Source: Phyllobates terribilis (taxonomy: Eukaryota). Taken from it: a stretch of DNA of 64,000 bases. The notes under the pieces are model-generated. The model saw only the letters and a list, made by a program, of their open reading frames with translations. It was not told the DNA's origin and made no database searches. The DNA lies in NCBI RefSeq assembly GCF_046119375.1, contig NW_027362763.1, positions 189,038,001-189,102,000 of the forward strand, written 5' to 3'. Shown piece after piece: positions 1 through 11,321 of the stretch. The translations under genes were made by a program, and so were the position numbers. Each line of letters opens with the position of its first letter. Within the stretch, counting starts at the first letter, position 1.

Positions 1-1335
1 TTGTGGAATATGAGATCCGGATGGAGCCACATGTATGTGTGAACCAGAGGCCATATCGAATCCCTGAAGCCTGCCGCGAGGTGATCTCCAAGGAGGTGCG
101 GAAAATGTTGAACCTGGGCGTCATCAAGGAATCAAAGAACAGTTGGTCCAGCCCCATTGTTCTTGTGCCAAAGCGGGAAGGAGAATAGCGGTTCTGTAAT
201 GACTACCGAAAGCTAAAAGAAGTATCGGAGTTCGACGCATACCCGATGCCCTGGGTAGACGAACTGATTGAAAGGCTAGGGCCAGCCAGGTACATCACCA
301 CTCTGGACCTAACTAAAGGGTACTGGCAAATTCTCTTGTCTCCAAGGAGAAGACTGCCTTTTCTACACCTGATGGGTGTTTTCAGTACACCCGGATGCTG
401 TTCGGTTTGCAAGGTGCCCCTGCTACCTTCCAGAAGGACCAGATCCTAGCCTCACACAGGCAGTACACCGCCGCTTATCTAGACGACATCATGATCTTCA
501 GCCCAGATTGGGAAAGTCACTTACAAAAGGTCCAGGTGGTTCTGGATGCACTGAGGAAGGCCGGCTTTACCATTAATCTGAAGTGCGCTATGGGAAAGGA
601 AGAGGCAAAATACTTGGGCTACATTATTGGAAGGGGCAAAATAAAGCCGCAAGGGAAGAAGGTGGAAGCCATCCAAACCTGTCCGCAACCGGCCTCAAAA
701 AAAGAGGTTAGAGATTTTCTGGGACTTGTAGGATACTATCAGCGATTTATCCCAAATTTCTCCATGATAGCTGCACCCCTGACTGACCTGCTTAAAGGAA
801 CGAAGACAGCGATGGCCAAATGGTCTGAGGAATAAGAGGGAGCGTTCCAGGAATTGAAACTCTCCCTGTGTCAGCAGCCGGTTTTGATTGCTCCTGACTT
901 CAACAAGGAGTTTGTGGTCCAGACGGATGCCTTGGAAGTTAGGTTAGGGGCCTTATTGTCCCAAGAAGTGAACGGGGATTAACATCCCATCCTGTATTTG
1001 AGCAGAAAACTCTCTGCCTGTGAGAAAAACTACGCCATTGTAGAAAGAGTGCCTGGCCGTCCGTCAAGTGGGCAGTTGACACCCTGAGCTATTACCTTTT
1101 AGGCCGAAAGTTCAGGTTAGTGTCAGACCATGCACCGCTTAGATGAATGAAGGAAAGGATGGGGAAGAATGCCCTCGTGACTAGGTGGTTTCTAGCACTC
1201 CAGGACTTTAGTTTTCATGTAGAGCACAGGCCCGGGAAACTACATGGTAACGCTGATGCCCTGTACAGACTTCCATGTTTAGTAAGTGAAGGTGCCAAAA
1301 CCCCCGTATTTGGGCAGAGGGGGGGGGATATGTGA
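1..1335 (+). mobile_element. Ty3/Gypsy LTR retrotransposon pol remnant (RT + RNase H), probably Gmr1-like domain order; disrupted
   Basis: ORF pieces give RPYRIPE..WSSPIVLVPK, TLDLTKGYWQI, FGLQGAPATFQ, YLDD (RT), FLGLVGYY, VQTDA and HRPGKLHGNADAL (RNase H). In-frame stops at 186-188 and 833-835, plus frameshifts. RNase H runs straight into a polypurine tract (~1315-1328), with no integrase downstream. Confidence 0.9.
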
Positions 1336-1671
1336 CAGTCATTGGCAGAATACTGGAGGGGAGATACGTGTCACTGAGACTTTTAGATTCAGTGATGTGA
1401 AAAAATGAAAGTGTTCTCCTGCACATTAAGTGCAGAGAGGGTTAATAGCCAGGAGTTACAAGGGCATGCTTTACTGGTGGATGACTAAGTGCTGGGAGGG
1501 AGTCATACACCCTATCTCCTCTCCAGGGCGTGATTTAGGGGCTATAAAGAGCCAGCCTGTGGACTCAGGAGGTGTTCAGTACCTGGAGGCCAGCTCCATG
1601 GAGCCCCGGCCCTGACTGACAGCTGACCGCAGTATAGAGCTAGTGTCAGTCAGGGCCAGAGCGCGGTTACA
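1331..1671 (+). mobile_element. Probable 3' LTR of the Gypsy element
   Basis: Starts TGTGACA right after the PPT (GAGGGGGGGGGATA). TATA-like GCTATAAAG at ~1541. Candidate end GGTTACA at 1671; the right boundary is uncertain. Confidence 0.45.
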
Positions 1672-2565
1672 GCCGTACTGAACAGCGGTTATAGCTGTTA
1701 CTGAACCCATGATGGCGCCGCCAGGTTAGTAACGCTATTTAACCTACAGATTAACCCCATATCTGCAGGTTAAGAGCATTTTTTCTGGTGAGAGGTTCCC
1801 TTTAATGTGCTCTTATCTCCGTCTCCTCCTTTCAACAGTGTAACTTAAAGCTCCTGTGCCTCAATACAAAATCTATAGCAGGGCCCTCACATAACATGTA
1901 GCATTAATACAACTGGAGTGATCTTACATGACCGAGGCTCTTTGATCACCATCAGGCACTAGAGGCTGGGTATAATCTCTATGTCTATACCCCTTGTTAG
2001 TACATTTCTCCCTCCCTCATCATTATGTGCTCCAAATATCACGTAAAATAATTTTATATAGTAAAGTCACAACCAAACATAGAGATGGTAAAAATTATTT
2101 ATTTTTAAGAATATCTTGTTAATTAATGGAATATATAACCATATCATAGTCTGAGGCTGCAGCTGTTATCAGCATCACTGCACATGATGGAATCAGTGTC
2201 TCTATGAATCAGATGAGGAATCTGTGGATCATTATGGAAATGATCTGTAACTTCTGCAGATTTCTGTAAAGCGAGGATACCAAATTATTACAATTATATG
2301 TTACATGTAAAATACATATCATGGGACAGCGGGAATGAGACATGACTTACCATCTGGTGTTTTTGGGATGTTCATAGCCCTTCATGCTTAGTGAGATGTT
2401 GACCAAAGCTGATGGTAAACTAAAGAGATCAGAACAGCAGAAAGTTAAAAGTGATTCTTTTTCACAGCCTTCAAATTCATGTAGTTTTAATATATGCACG
2501 GCTCCCTTACCTGGGCTGGAGTTCAGTATGTTATCTACCACTGTCCGCACTATGAACATGGTGCT

Positions 2566-3360
2566 TCATTGGAAGCAGTGGTTACGGCACAGGGGGCACC
2601 GGGGGTTGGAGCGGAGCCATCTAGAAATGCAGCCCTGATGGAAGCAGTGGTTGCATGGAAGGACTGTGACCTGCTCTCCGGCCACAAATTCTGTCATACA
2701 GATGACACATGACTGGGCTTCCTCCTGTGGTGCTATATCCCTTGTTGGGAGGTTTGCAATTTGCAGTGCTCTACTCATATTCTGAGTCCACCGTCCGTGG
2801 CATAGGTTGATTTCGTACAGGTGGAATAAACTGTGGCACTGGTGGTGTCACTCTACCCATTCCCAGCAGCTCAAGCAGGTTGCTAAATAGACGTTCCATA
2901 CCGGTATGGTCTACAGGGTATCTGCTTGTAGCTGGAACCTCCCAGGGTCTGCGACTGGGAGGAACGGGATTTGGCAGTCGGAATTCAAATTCAGTAGTGG
3001 CTGCAGATCCATTTGCTTGATGGCCACCATCCCTGCTGCTCTCTCACGTTGTTCTGGAGGGCTCCACCTGTGACAATGTTGGTGTTATCACACCCTCTTC
3101 ATGTTGTTGAATGGGTGGGAGGAGATGTCCGCCATCCCTGCTGCTCTCTCCTGTTGTTCTGGAGGGCTCCGCAGGGGCTGGTCTTAGAGGAGAGCGGCTT
3201 CTATCCCTGCTCTCTTCCTGTCCCCTACGCTGTGGAGGATCTCTGGCCCATCTCCCTCTCCTCTCAGTGACAGCATTGCTGTCTCTGTGATGTCCATCAC
3301 TGGTAGAAGGTATTCCCTGATCTCTTTGATGAGACCTCAACCTATGGACAGTTATGGCCT
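2566..3360 (-). pseudogene. Single-coding-exon RING-H2 E3 ligase (RLIM/RNF12/RNF6-like) pseudogene
   Basis: C-terminal C3H2C3 finger CVIC..LPCNHCFHQGCISRWLRSNPRCPLC, preceded by QIANLPTR (cf. RLIM QIDNL). Upstream R/S-rich RDRSRSPLR. GGA>TGA stop at 3044-3046 in the second copy of a tandem AEPSRTTGESSRDG repeat, and a frame change near 2770-2790. Confidence 0.7.
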
Positions 3361-4106
3361 GACCTATAAAGAAATGATCATTTATAATAATTATTAGCAA
3401 TTGTATCAGTTACATTGGGGATATAGGAATGGGTGCTTCTGCTGCTGTGGCTTTAAGGAAGAGGGGAACCCTACCTAGCAAAGTCTGTATTACCTATGGG
3501 CTGAGCAAACCTGCATGGTCAATCCTGAAAAGTGGCCTATCATACCCCAAGGATATCTCCTTCCGGGAAAGCCCTATAGGTTGGGAATATTATTTAACTT
3601 ACTTAAATATTTCACTTACCTTGATTTTCTGGTCGGCGCAGCCATGCGTCATTGTCAGCAATCAGCTGACGCAGCTCCCGGGCACTCATGACTTAGGTAC
3701 CTGGAGCTGGCTGATAGAATATTGGAGAACTGGCACCGGTGTTATTGTGCTCTGATCAAAGATCAAAAAGAATAAATGGAAGTAATCACCAGATGTGTAA
3801 CACAAACTAGTTCGCTCTTCCACAACCAAAGTGAAGTCTCAGCAAAAGCATCAACTCAAGAAATGGCGCTGATGTCACAGTGCTCAGAGATTATATACCC
3901 TCAGGACATTCCATGATGCCATTATGACATCATAATTGAGTCCCCCCCACCCTTGAGCATAGCTTCGTATGGGTGTGTATGTATGTATGTAAAATATATA
4001 TACCAAATGGAGGAAATGGAGGACATAGTGTTCAAAGTTTTTATAAATGTAATAAGAGTAAATGGGGAAAATATGGTAATAACAATGAACAAAATCTGCT
4101 ACCCTC

Positions 4107-4200
4107 TAACGTATGTACGTTCTATATATACAGATGTCAATCCTGACTATCCTTAACGTATGTACGTTCTATATATACAGATGTCAATCCTGACTATCCT
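4107..4200. repeat. Exact 47-bp tandem duplication
   Basis: TAACGTATGTACGTTCTATATATACAGATGTCAATCCTGACTATCCT at 4107-4153 and 4154-4200. Confidence 0.95.
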
Positions 4201-5019
4201 ATGATTATTGTTCCGATCATACAAAAAGTGCCCACTTCCCGCTAACATACAACCACTAACCCCACACTAAAATATGCAAAAGAGAACGTTCTATGAATCT
4301 TAGGGTATCAGTGTTCCGCAGCACCCTCTCACAAAAAGTTACAAGAAGTACACACGCTGCCGGTGTGGTAGTGTATAAATTGTCCTGTACTTAGCTTCCT
4401 GTAGAGCGCAGAGTCCAAAGTCTTTCCAAGGGCCCCTTGCAAGGTGGACGCTAACACCGCTCACATGATTTACCATTGCAGCGCCAATGTGGTAGAACCA
4501 GAAGATATGCAGATAAGCTCTGAGCCGGAGTTGCTGGGTGCCATGAACGGTCTGTTCCACCCGAGCACCATAGTCTCTGATCAGGGGAATGGGAAGACAG
4601 CTCATTCCGAGAAGAGGCTAGAAGGAAACAGCGCAACAGCCCTGTCTGGGCTCAGTCTAGTCAGCACAGCACCAGTCCTCTCACTCTCCCTAAAATAGCT
4701 CCTGCCTCAAGTCCTAGTTTCCTGGGGTTCTCTTCTTAGATTGCTGCCCAATCACTGCCTGAAGAAAATCACTAACTCATCAATGGCAGTGTTAGACCAG
4801 TAGATGGTGCTGTTGTACAGTCTTTCACACAATGCTGAGTAACCCTATTACAAAAGAACATGGGATTCTTGCCAAGCAGTGTGGGTAAATGGGCGTACTT
4901 CCTGTTTGTGTCCTCATGCTGGACGACTGCCTGAGTGTTTTGCAAGCTGCACATACTGCTCAAAGCTTCATAGCCGACTGCCTGTCAAATCTGCACAGGC
5001 ACTAGCTGATTGTCAGATC

Positions 5020-6840
5020 ATGAGTGAGGAAATGAAAGATCATTTTTCGGAGCTCTTGAATGAAGTGGTGGAGAAAAAGCGAGATAAGAATTTTTATCTC
5101 ACGGACGATAAATACGAGAATATATTGAAAGAAGTGAAGGAGGCTAAGGTGGCGGTACCTAAACAGAGTATTCACTACAGGCGTTTGAAGAGGTACGACA
5201 TCATGACCGTCGGAAGTGATGAAAAGTTAATTGCACCAATCTCGTGCGAAAAAGACAACGTGTTGCATTACGTTTGGTGTGCAGAACTCTTTAGTGTCAT
5301 TCATAATGCGCACATCAGTACCGGCCACGGAGGGCGGACCAGGATCCTAAAGGAGGTGAACTGTAAGTTCAAAAATGTCACAACGAGGTCAATAGTTATT
5401 TATTTGCGACTCTGCCAGCCATGCCAGAAAAAACAGAAGATTACCAAAAAAGGCCTTGTTGTGAAACCCATCCTACACAGTGAAATGAATTCTCGTGCTC
5501 AAGTCAATCTCATTGACATGCAATCCAATTGTGATAATGATTTCAAGTTCATATTCGTCTATCAAGACCACGTCACTAAATTTGTTCTTCTACATGCTTT
5601 ATGCACTAAAAGAGCAGAAGAGGTTGCGTACCACCTCCTTGACATTTTTTCCACTTTTGGTGCCCCGTGTATTCTGCATTCTGATAATGGGAGGGAATTT
5701 TGTAACAAGGTCATACAGAGTTTGTGCGCGATGTGGCCTGATATGAAAATAGTGCATGGTAAACCAAGACACAGCCAGTCCCAAGGCTCCGTGGAAAGAG
5801 CAAATCAAGACATTGAAAACATGTTGTCAACGTGGATGGAAACAAATAAGACACCCAAGTGGTCTGAGGGCCTTCGCTTTGTACAAGCAATGAAAAATAG
5901 AGCATACCATGAGGGAATAAAATGCTCGCCCTATGAAGCTATGTTCGGAGTACCAATGCAGATGGGTCTAGCTACCTCCAAAATTCCTAGTGATGGGATC
6001 AGAAATCTCTCTTCAGAAGAAGATCTTGAAAAAATGTTTGTTGGTTTGCAAGAGGAAGCTAGTGATCCGACATCACCAACAGAAGCCGAAGGGTCAGATG
6101 AATCTAACTTTCATCACACGTCAGCACCGACAGCAGCAGAAGCTTCGGATAAATCCAACTGTCATCAGCTGTTCACAACGGAAGGAGAAGCTTTGGACTT
6201 ATCCAACTGTCCGCACACCTTAACAGCATATGAAACTCCACCAATTTTGCCATCCAAGAATAATGAAGACCTAAAAGAAAAAAGTGTCGAGTCAAAGCCT
6301 TCTAAGAAAGATGGAGAACTTCATGATGATCAGCAACCTGACGTTTTGATTTCGCATACAATCAATAGAAGAATTGGTGCGGTCAGAAGAGTTCGAAAAG
6401 CTGCAAGAGAAGGACTTGAAACACAGGCCAAGAAAATGTTGAAATGTTCCAGTCAAAAATTACCCGAACCTAACATTGGACAGAACATCAGAATTCCAGA
6501 CGTTGACCGTTCAAAAATGGACCCTAAGTCGATCATTGCGATTATTATAAAAAAAGAAGATGACTTCTACCAAGTGGGGACTACCGCTGGGATCCTAAAT
6601 GCATTATATTATCGCAATCAGTTCACCATCTGTCAGGAAAATTTCATAGGATTGCAGGATGTGAAAAAAAATCAGATCAGCCTTCGCACGGCGGTTTCCC
6701 AACAATCGTTGGTGGGAGGTCAGGGATTGAAGAAATGCAACTGTTTAAAGAAGTGCCTAAACAAGAAATGAGTTTGTAGGCTGGCAAAAATGAAGTGCCA
6801 TTCAAAGTGTCACAATTCCCAACCGTGTTGCGACAAATAG
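5020..6840 (+). mobile_element. Ginger2/Tdd-type (KRBA2/SCAND3-like) integrase/transposase, inactivated
   Basis: HHCC motif (HNAHISTGHGG..LCQPC), rve core QV[N]LIDM / HSDNGREF / QGSVERAN, and a Cys-rich C-terminus. First catalytic Asp reads Asn (AAT at 5506-5508). TGA at 6769-6771 interrupts the Cys tail, which continues in frame to TAG at 6838-6840. Likely ATG is 5020 (MSEEMK). No KRAB domain seen. Confidence 0.85.
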
Positions 6841-6912
6841 GTCCTCTTTTGTGTTTGTTGTATGTCTTTTTCATTGAGATGAAAAATTAAGGGCAATTTA
6901 ACAGGTCACAAT

Positions 6913-7648
6913 TAGAGTTGAGTGGATAGCTGGATATCCGTCTATCCGTACGGATAAGACCGAGATCCGAGTGGATCCGGATCCTATCCGTGTCCCATAT
7001 AAGTCTATGGGACAACTATCCATGTGCAGGGACATCCCTTCTGCATCACCAGTGATGCGGGGGAGACTCCCTGCACGCCGGTGGGCATCCCTGCCGTCAC
7101 CAGTGATGGTGGGGACTCGGCCGGGGCATACCTGAGCGAGGAGATCCTCGCTGCGTCACTGCAGTAGGAACTCCCCGCCCACTAGGGTCATCACACCCTC
7201 TGGCCGGACCCCCCTTCTCCTCCACTTAAAGATCACTACTTACCGGAGGCTACTAGAGGCTTCCCAGGTCTCGTCGGCCGGCCGCATCCTCCTTCTTCCG
7301 GGTCACATGACTGTATACGTCACCACGAAAGTGACAGGTGCATAAGTCATGTGACACGAGTTGTGTCATATGACTTACGCATGCGTCACTTGCGTGGTGA
7401 CGTATGCAGTCATGTGACCCGGAAGGAGAACGCGGACGACGAGACCTGGGAAACCTCCGGTAAGTAGCAATTTAGCTTTATACCTGTCTGCCCTGCACAC
7501 TCGCACCATCCATGCCTTCCGATGATGCATGAAACATGCATTATCGGAAGGCACGGATATATCCGACAGATATCGGGATTATCCGTATCCGTACAGCCCG
7601 TTATCCGCTCGGATAACGGGTCTGGACGGATCTCTCCTCTTATCCCTA
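6913..7648. mobile_element. Non-autonomous hAT MITE with 8-bp TSD
   Basis: Ends TAGAGTTGAG...TTATCCCTA. Perfect TSD GTCACAAT at 6905-6912 and 7649-7656. Subterminal TATCCG/CGGATA repeats and a ~190-bp internal palindrome (~7262-7450). Confidence 0.9.
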
Positions 7649-7849
7649 GTCACAATTACAGAATTACATAGTTTTGAAGTTGCGTTATTCTTGAATTTGC
7701 GTTAATTTGTCATTTTTGAGAAGTATTTTCCTACATAAATGTTTTCTATTTGCATTTTCCTATTTGTATTTGTTCATTTGCATTTTGAAGAATAAAAATA
7801 TTTCTAACGATTAAGGCCTTCATCAGAGTCAGAAATTGCGTTTAGTTAA

Positions 7850-8136
7850 CTTTCACCACCATCATCTGCTGGTAAGAGTCAGAATTCTGTGACTCAAAGT
7901 TACTTTTACCAACACATGCTGGTAAATGTTAAAATTTACCAATTCGCCCAGGTAAAAGTCCAAAATCATTCGTTTATATGGAATACATCTGACTTTTACC
8001 AACGCTGTTGAGAAATGTTAAGATTTACCAAGACTTCACCGGTAAAAGTCCAATTTTACTTTTGATTTTGAGCTTTTACCGACGGCCTCTGTAAATGTCC
8101 AGATTGACCGGTAAATCCTAGGTTTTACCGGCCTTC
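7850..8136. repeat. Array of TTTACC-N10/11-GGTAAA inverted modules, probably the subterminal end of the Ginger element
   Basis: Repeated ACTTTTACC/GGTAAAAGT half-sites (e.g. 7902-7930, 7934-7960, 8022-8049) running into an N gap. Confidence 0.6.
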
Positions 8137-8264
8137 NNNNNNNNNNNNNNNNNNNNNNNNNNNNNNNNNNNNNNNNNNNNNNNNNNNNNNNNNNNNNNNN
8201 NNNNNNNNNNNNNNNNNNNNNNNNNNNNNNNNNNNNNNNNNNNNNNNNNNNNNNNNNNNNNNNN
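8137..8264. other. Assembly gap (128 N)
   Basis: Run of N. Confidence 1.
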
Positions 8265-9619
8265 AATACATATATAATATATTTTATATTGTATATAGCG
8301 GATATATAATTCTGGATATACATTATAAATTAGAAACTATGTGTATATATGGGTTTGCATATATATTTGTATACATGATGATGATATATGTCTATTTTTA
8401 TATACTGGATATATCATAATGGTTATACGTTATAGATTAGAAACCTTTGCATCAGTTTTTTTACGCTTCCTGGTAGATTTTATATGCGGTATAATTTATT
8501 CGCTGCTGTAAATTATAAAAACATTTGGTATAATAGAAAACACAACCAAAGCAAAAAAAGGAACTTTAAAACTTCCCCAAATAATCCAATAATAGACATA
8601 GCAAAAAGGCAATGGTATTCACCAGCCAAGGTCACAAAGGAAAATACACAAAACAGGATGCAGCAGACCCCCGTACTAAAGGAGGTAACACAGGTGCAAA
8701 ATACTGATGAAACAACCACTCTCAGCCTACCAAACCATGGAGGGGGTGATTGCCTAGTATTAGAATTGCACACAGATGAAGCTTGCAATAGGGCAAAAGT
8801 CACACATATGTATAGAACAGTGCCCGGCCCAGGGCTATGTGGGGCTCATTATATTATACTAGATGGTGGCCCGATTCTAACGCATCGGGTATTTTAGAAT
8901 ATGTATGCGGACGACCGGGCGCAATCAGCAAAACGGTGTTTAAATTTGGTGCCAATATCGGTGATTGGTCGCGGGTGGCGGCCGCGACCAATCAGCGAAC
9001 TGTGTTAGTGAGGACCGGAGAGCTTGTTTAAATTTGACGATACAATCGCTGATTAGTCTCGACCGTGACCACTCAGCAAAACGGTGTTAAAATTTGGCGC
9101 CAATATCGCTGATTGGTCGCGGCCGGCGGTTGCGACCAATCACCAGAGCATTGTTTAAATTTTGCGCCAAAATCGCTGATTGCTCGCGGCCGGCGGCCTC
9201 GACCAATCAGCACAGTGGTGTTTAAGTTTGGCGCCAATCTCGCAGATTGCTCGTGGCCGCTGTTTAAATGTGGCACCAAAATTGCTGATTGGTCGCGGCC
9301 GGGGAGCGGAATCGTATTGGTGAGGACCGGGGAGCGGAATCGTGTTGGTGAGGACCGGGGAGCGGCGCTGCCTGTGCGGCTACTTCCGCTGCTAGAAGCC
9401 GGGAGATGAGCGGTCGGGGTCCTTCTGCTGCTAGCGGCCGGGAGATGAGCACCTCGCGCCGGTCATCTCCCTGCTGCATCGCCGCTGACCTCCGTCCTGC
9501 AGATGAGCCGCTAACGGCTGCCATCTTTTTCTCAAATCCCACGTCGCTTATTGGCCGCGGCCGGACCAATGAGCGACGCGGGATTTCCTGGACAGACAGA
9601 CAGACGAGATAAGACGATT

Positions 9620-9644
9620 ATATATATATATATATATATATATG

Positions 9645-9699
<55 letters not shown>
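9620..9699. repeat. (TA)n microsatellite at the Helitron 5' end; target of the Tc1 insertion
   Basis: Direct TA repeat that resumes at 11306-11319 after the Tc1. Confidence 0.95.
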
Positions 9700-9702
<3 letters not shown>

Positions 9703-11305
9703 TACAGACCAAAAGTTTGGACACACCTTCTTATTTAAAGATTTTTATGTATTTTCATGACTATGAAAATTGTACATTCACACTGAAGGCATCAAAACTA
9801 TGAATTAACACATGTGGAATTATATACTTAACAAAAAAGTGTGAAACAACTGAAAATATGTCTTATATTCTAGGTTCTTCAAAGTAGCCACCTCTTGCTT
9901 TGATGACTGCTCTGCACACTCTTGGCATTCTGTTGATGAGCTTCAAGAGGTAGTCACCAGAAATGGTCTTCCTACAATCTTGAAGGAGTTCCCAGAGATG
10001 CTTAGCACTTGTTGGCCCTTTTGCCTTCACTCTGCGGTCCAGCTCACCCCAAACCATCTCGATTGGGTTCAGGTCTGGTGACTGTGGAGGCCAAGGCACC
10101 CCATCACTCTCCTTCTTGGTCAAATAGCCCTTACACAGCCTGGCGGTGTGTTTGTGGTCAATGTCCTGTTGAAAAATAAATGATGGTCCAACTAAACGCA
10201 AACCGGATAAAATAGCATGCCGCTGCAAGATGCTGTGGTAGCCATGCTGGTTCAGTATGCCTTCAATTTTGAATAAATCCCCAACAGTGTCACCAGCAAA
10301 GCACCCCCACACCATCACACCTCCTCCTCCGTGCTTCAGGCATGTAGAGTCCATCTGTTCACCTTTTCTGCGTCGCACAAGGACACGGTGGTTGGAACCA
10401 AAGATCTCACATTTGGACTCATCAGACCAAAGCACAGATTTCCACTGGTCTAATGTCCATTCCTTGTGTTCTTTAGCCCAAACAAGTCTCTTCTGCTTGT
10501 TGCCTGTCCTTAGCAGTGGTTTCCTAGCAGCTATTTTCCCATGAAGGCCTGCTGCACAAAGTCTCCTCTTAATAGTTGTTGTAGAGACGTGTCTGCTGCT
10601 AGAACTCTGTGTGGCATTGACCTGGTCTCTAATCTGAGCTGCTGTTAACCTGCGATTTCTGAGGCTGGTGACTCGGATAAACTTATCCTCAGAAGCAGAG
10701 GTGACTCTTGGTCTTCCTTTTCTGGGGCGGTCCTCATGTGAGCCAGTTTCTTTGTAGCGCTTGATGGTTTTTGCAACTGCACTTGGGGACTCTTTCAAAG
10801 TTTTCTCAATTTTTCGGACTGACTGACCTTAATTTCTTTAAGTAATGATGGCCACTCGTTTTTCTTTACTTAGCTGCATTTTTCTTGCCATAGTACAAAT
10901 TCTAACAGTCTATTCAGTAGGACTATCAGCTGTGTATCCACCTGACTTCTGCACAACACAACTGATGGTCCCAACCCCATTTATAAGGCAAGAAATACCA
11001 CTTATTAAACCTGACAGGGCACACCTGTGAAGTGAAAACCATTTCCGGTGACTACCTGTTGAAGCTCATCAAGAGACTGCCAAGAGTGTGCAAAGCAGTC
11101 ATCAAAGCAAAAGGTGGCTACTTTGAAGAACCAAGAATATAAGACATATTTTCAGTTGTTTCACACTTTTTTGTTAAGTATATAATTACACATGTGTTAA
11201 TTCATAGTATTGATGCCTTCAGTGTGAATGTACAATTTTCATAGTCATGAAAATACATAAAAATCTTTAAATGAGAAGGTGTGTCCAAACTTTTGGTCTG
11301 TACTG
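9700..11305 (-). mobile_element. Tc1/mariner transposon, full length but degenerate transposase
   Basis: TA TSDs; TIR CAGTACAGACCAAAAGTTTGGACACACC, with inverted similarity extending ~270 bp. ORF 9863-10798 has GRPR, WSDESK, FQQD and SPDLNPIE, but small deletions and a frameshifted N-terminus. Confidence 0.93.
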
Positions 11306-11321
11306 TATATATATATATAGA

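Larger units (their letters stand above)
8859..11321 (-). mobile_element. Non-autonomous Helitron (about 0.85 kb) interrupted by a Tc1 insertion
   Basis: On the minus strand: 5' A|TC(TA)n at 11321, 3' hairpin CCCGAT-N8-ATCGGG (8870-8889) followed by CTAG|T at 8859. Inserted at an A-T dinucleotide without TSD; the flanks rejoin into one unit of the local ~32-bp repeat. Confidence 0.8.

Noticed and set aside
4339-4698. Overlapping 60-90-aa ORFs upstream of the Ginger ORF
   Set aside because: No motif I can recognise on either strand; left unannotated.
4879-6771. Calling the 630-aa ORF the host gene KRBA2/SCAND3
   Set aside because: No KRAB or SCAN domain, catalytic D>N change, premature stop, transposon-like subterminal repeats, and it sits in a TE-dense region. 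The GTG start at 4879 is unlikely.
8036-8323. ORFs spanning Ns (also 20293-20562) and (TA)n ORFs at 9532-9760
   Set aside because: Artifacts of gaps and microsatellite.
8890-9330. CRISPR-like repeat-spacer array
   Set aside because: Eukaryotic context; units are degenerate, alternate in orientation and lack unique spacers. It is Helitron interior.
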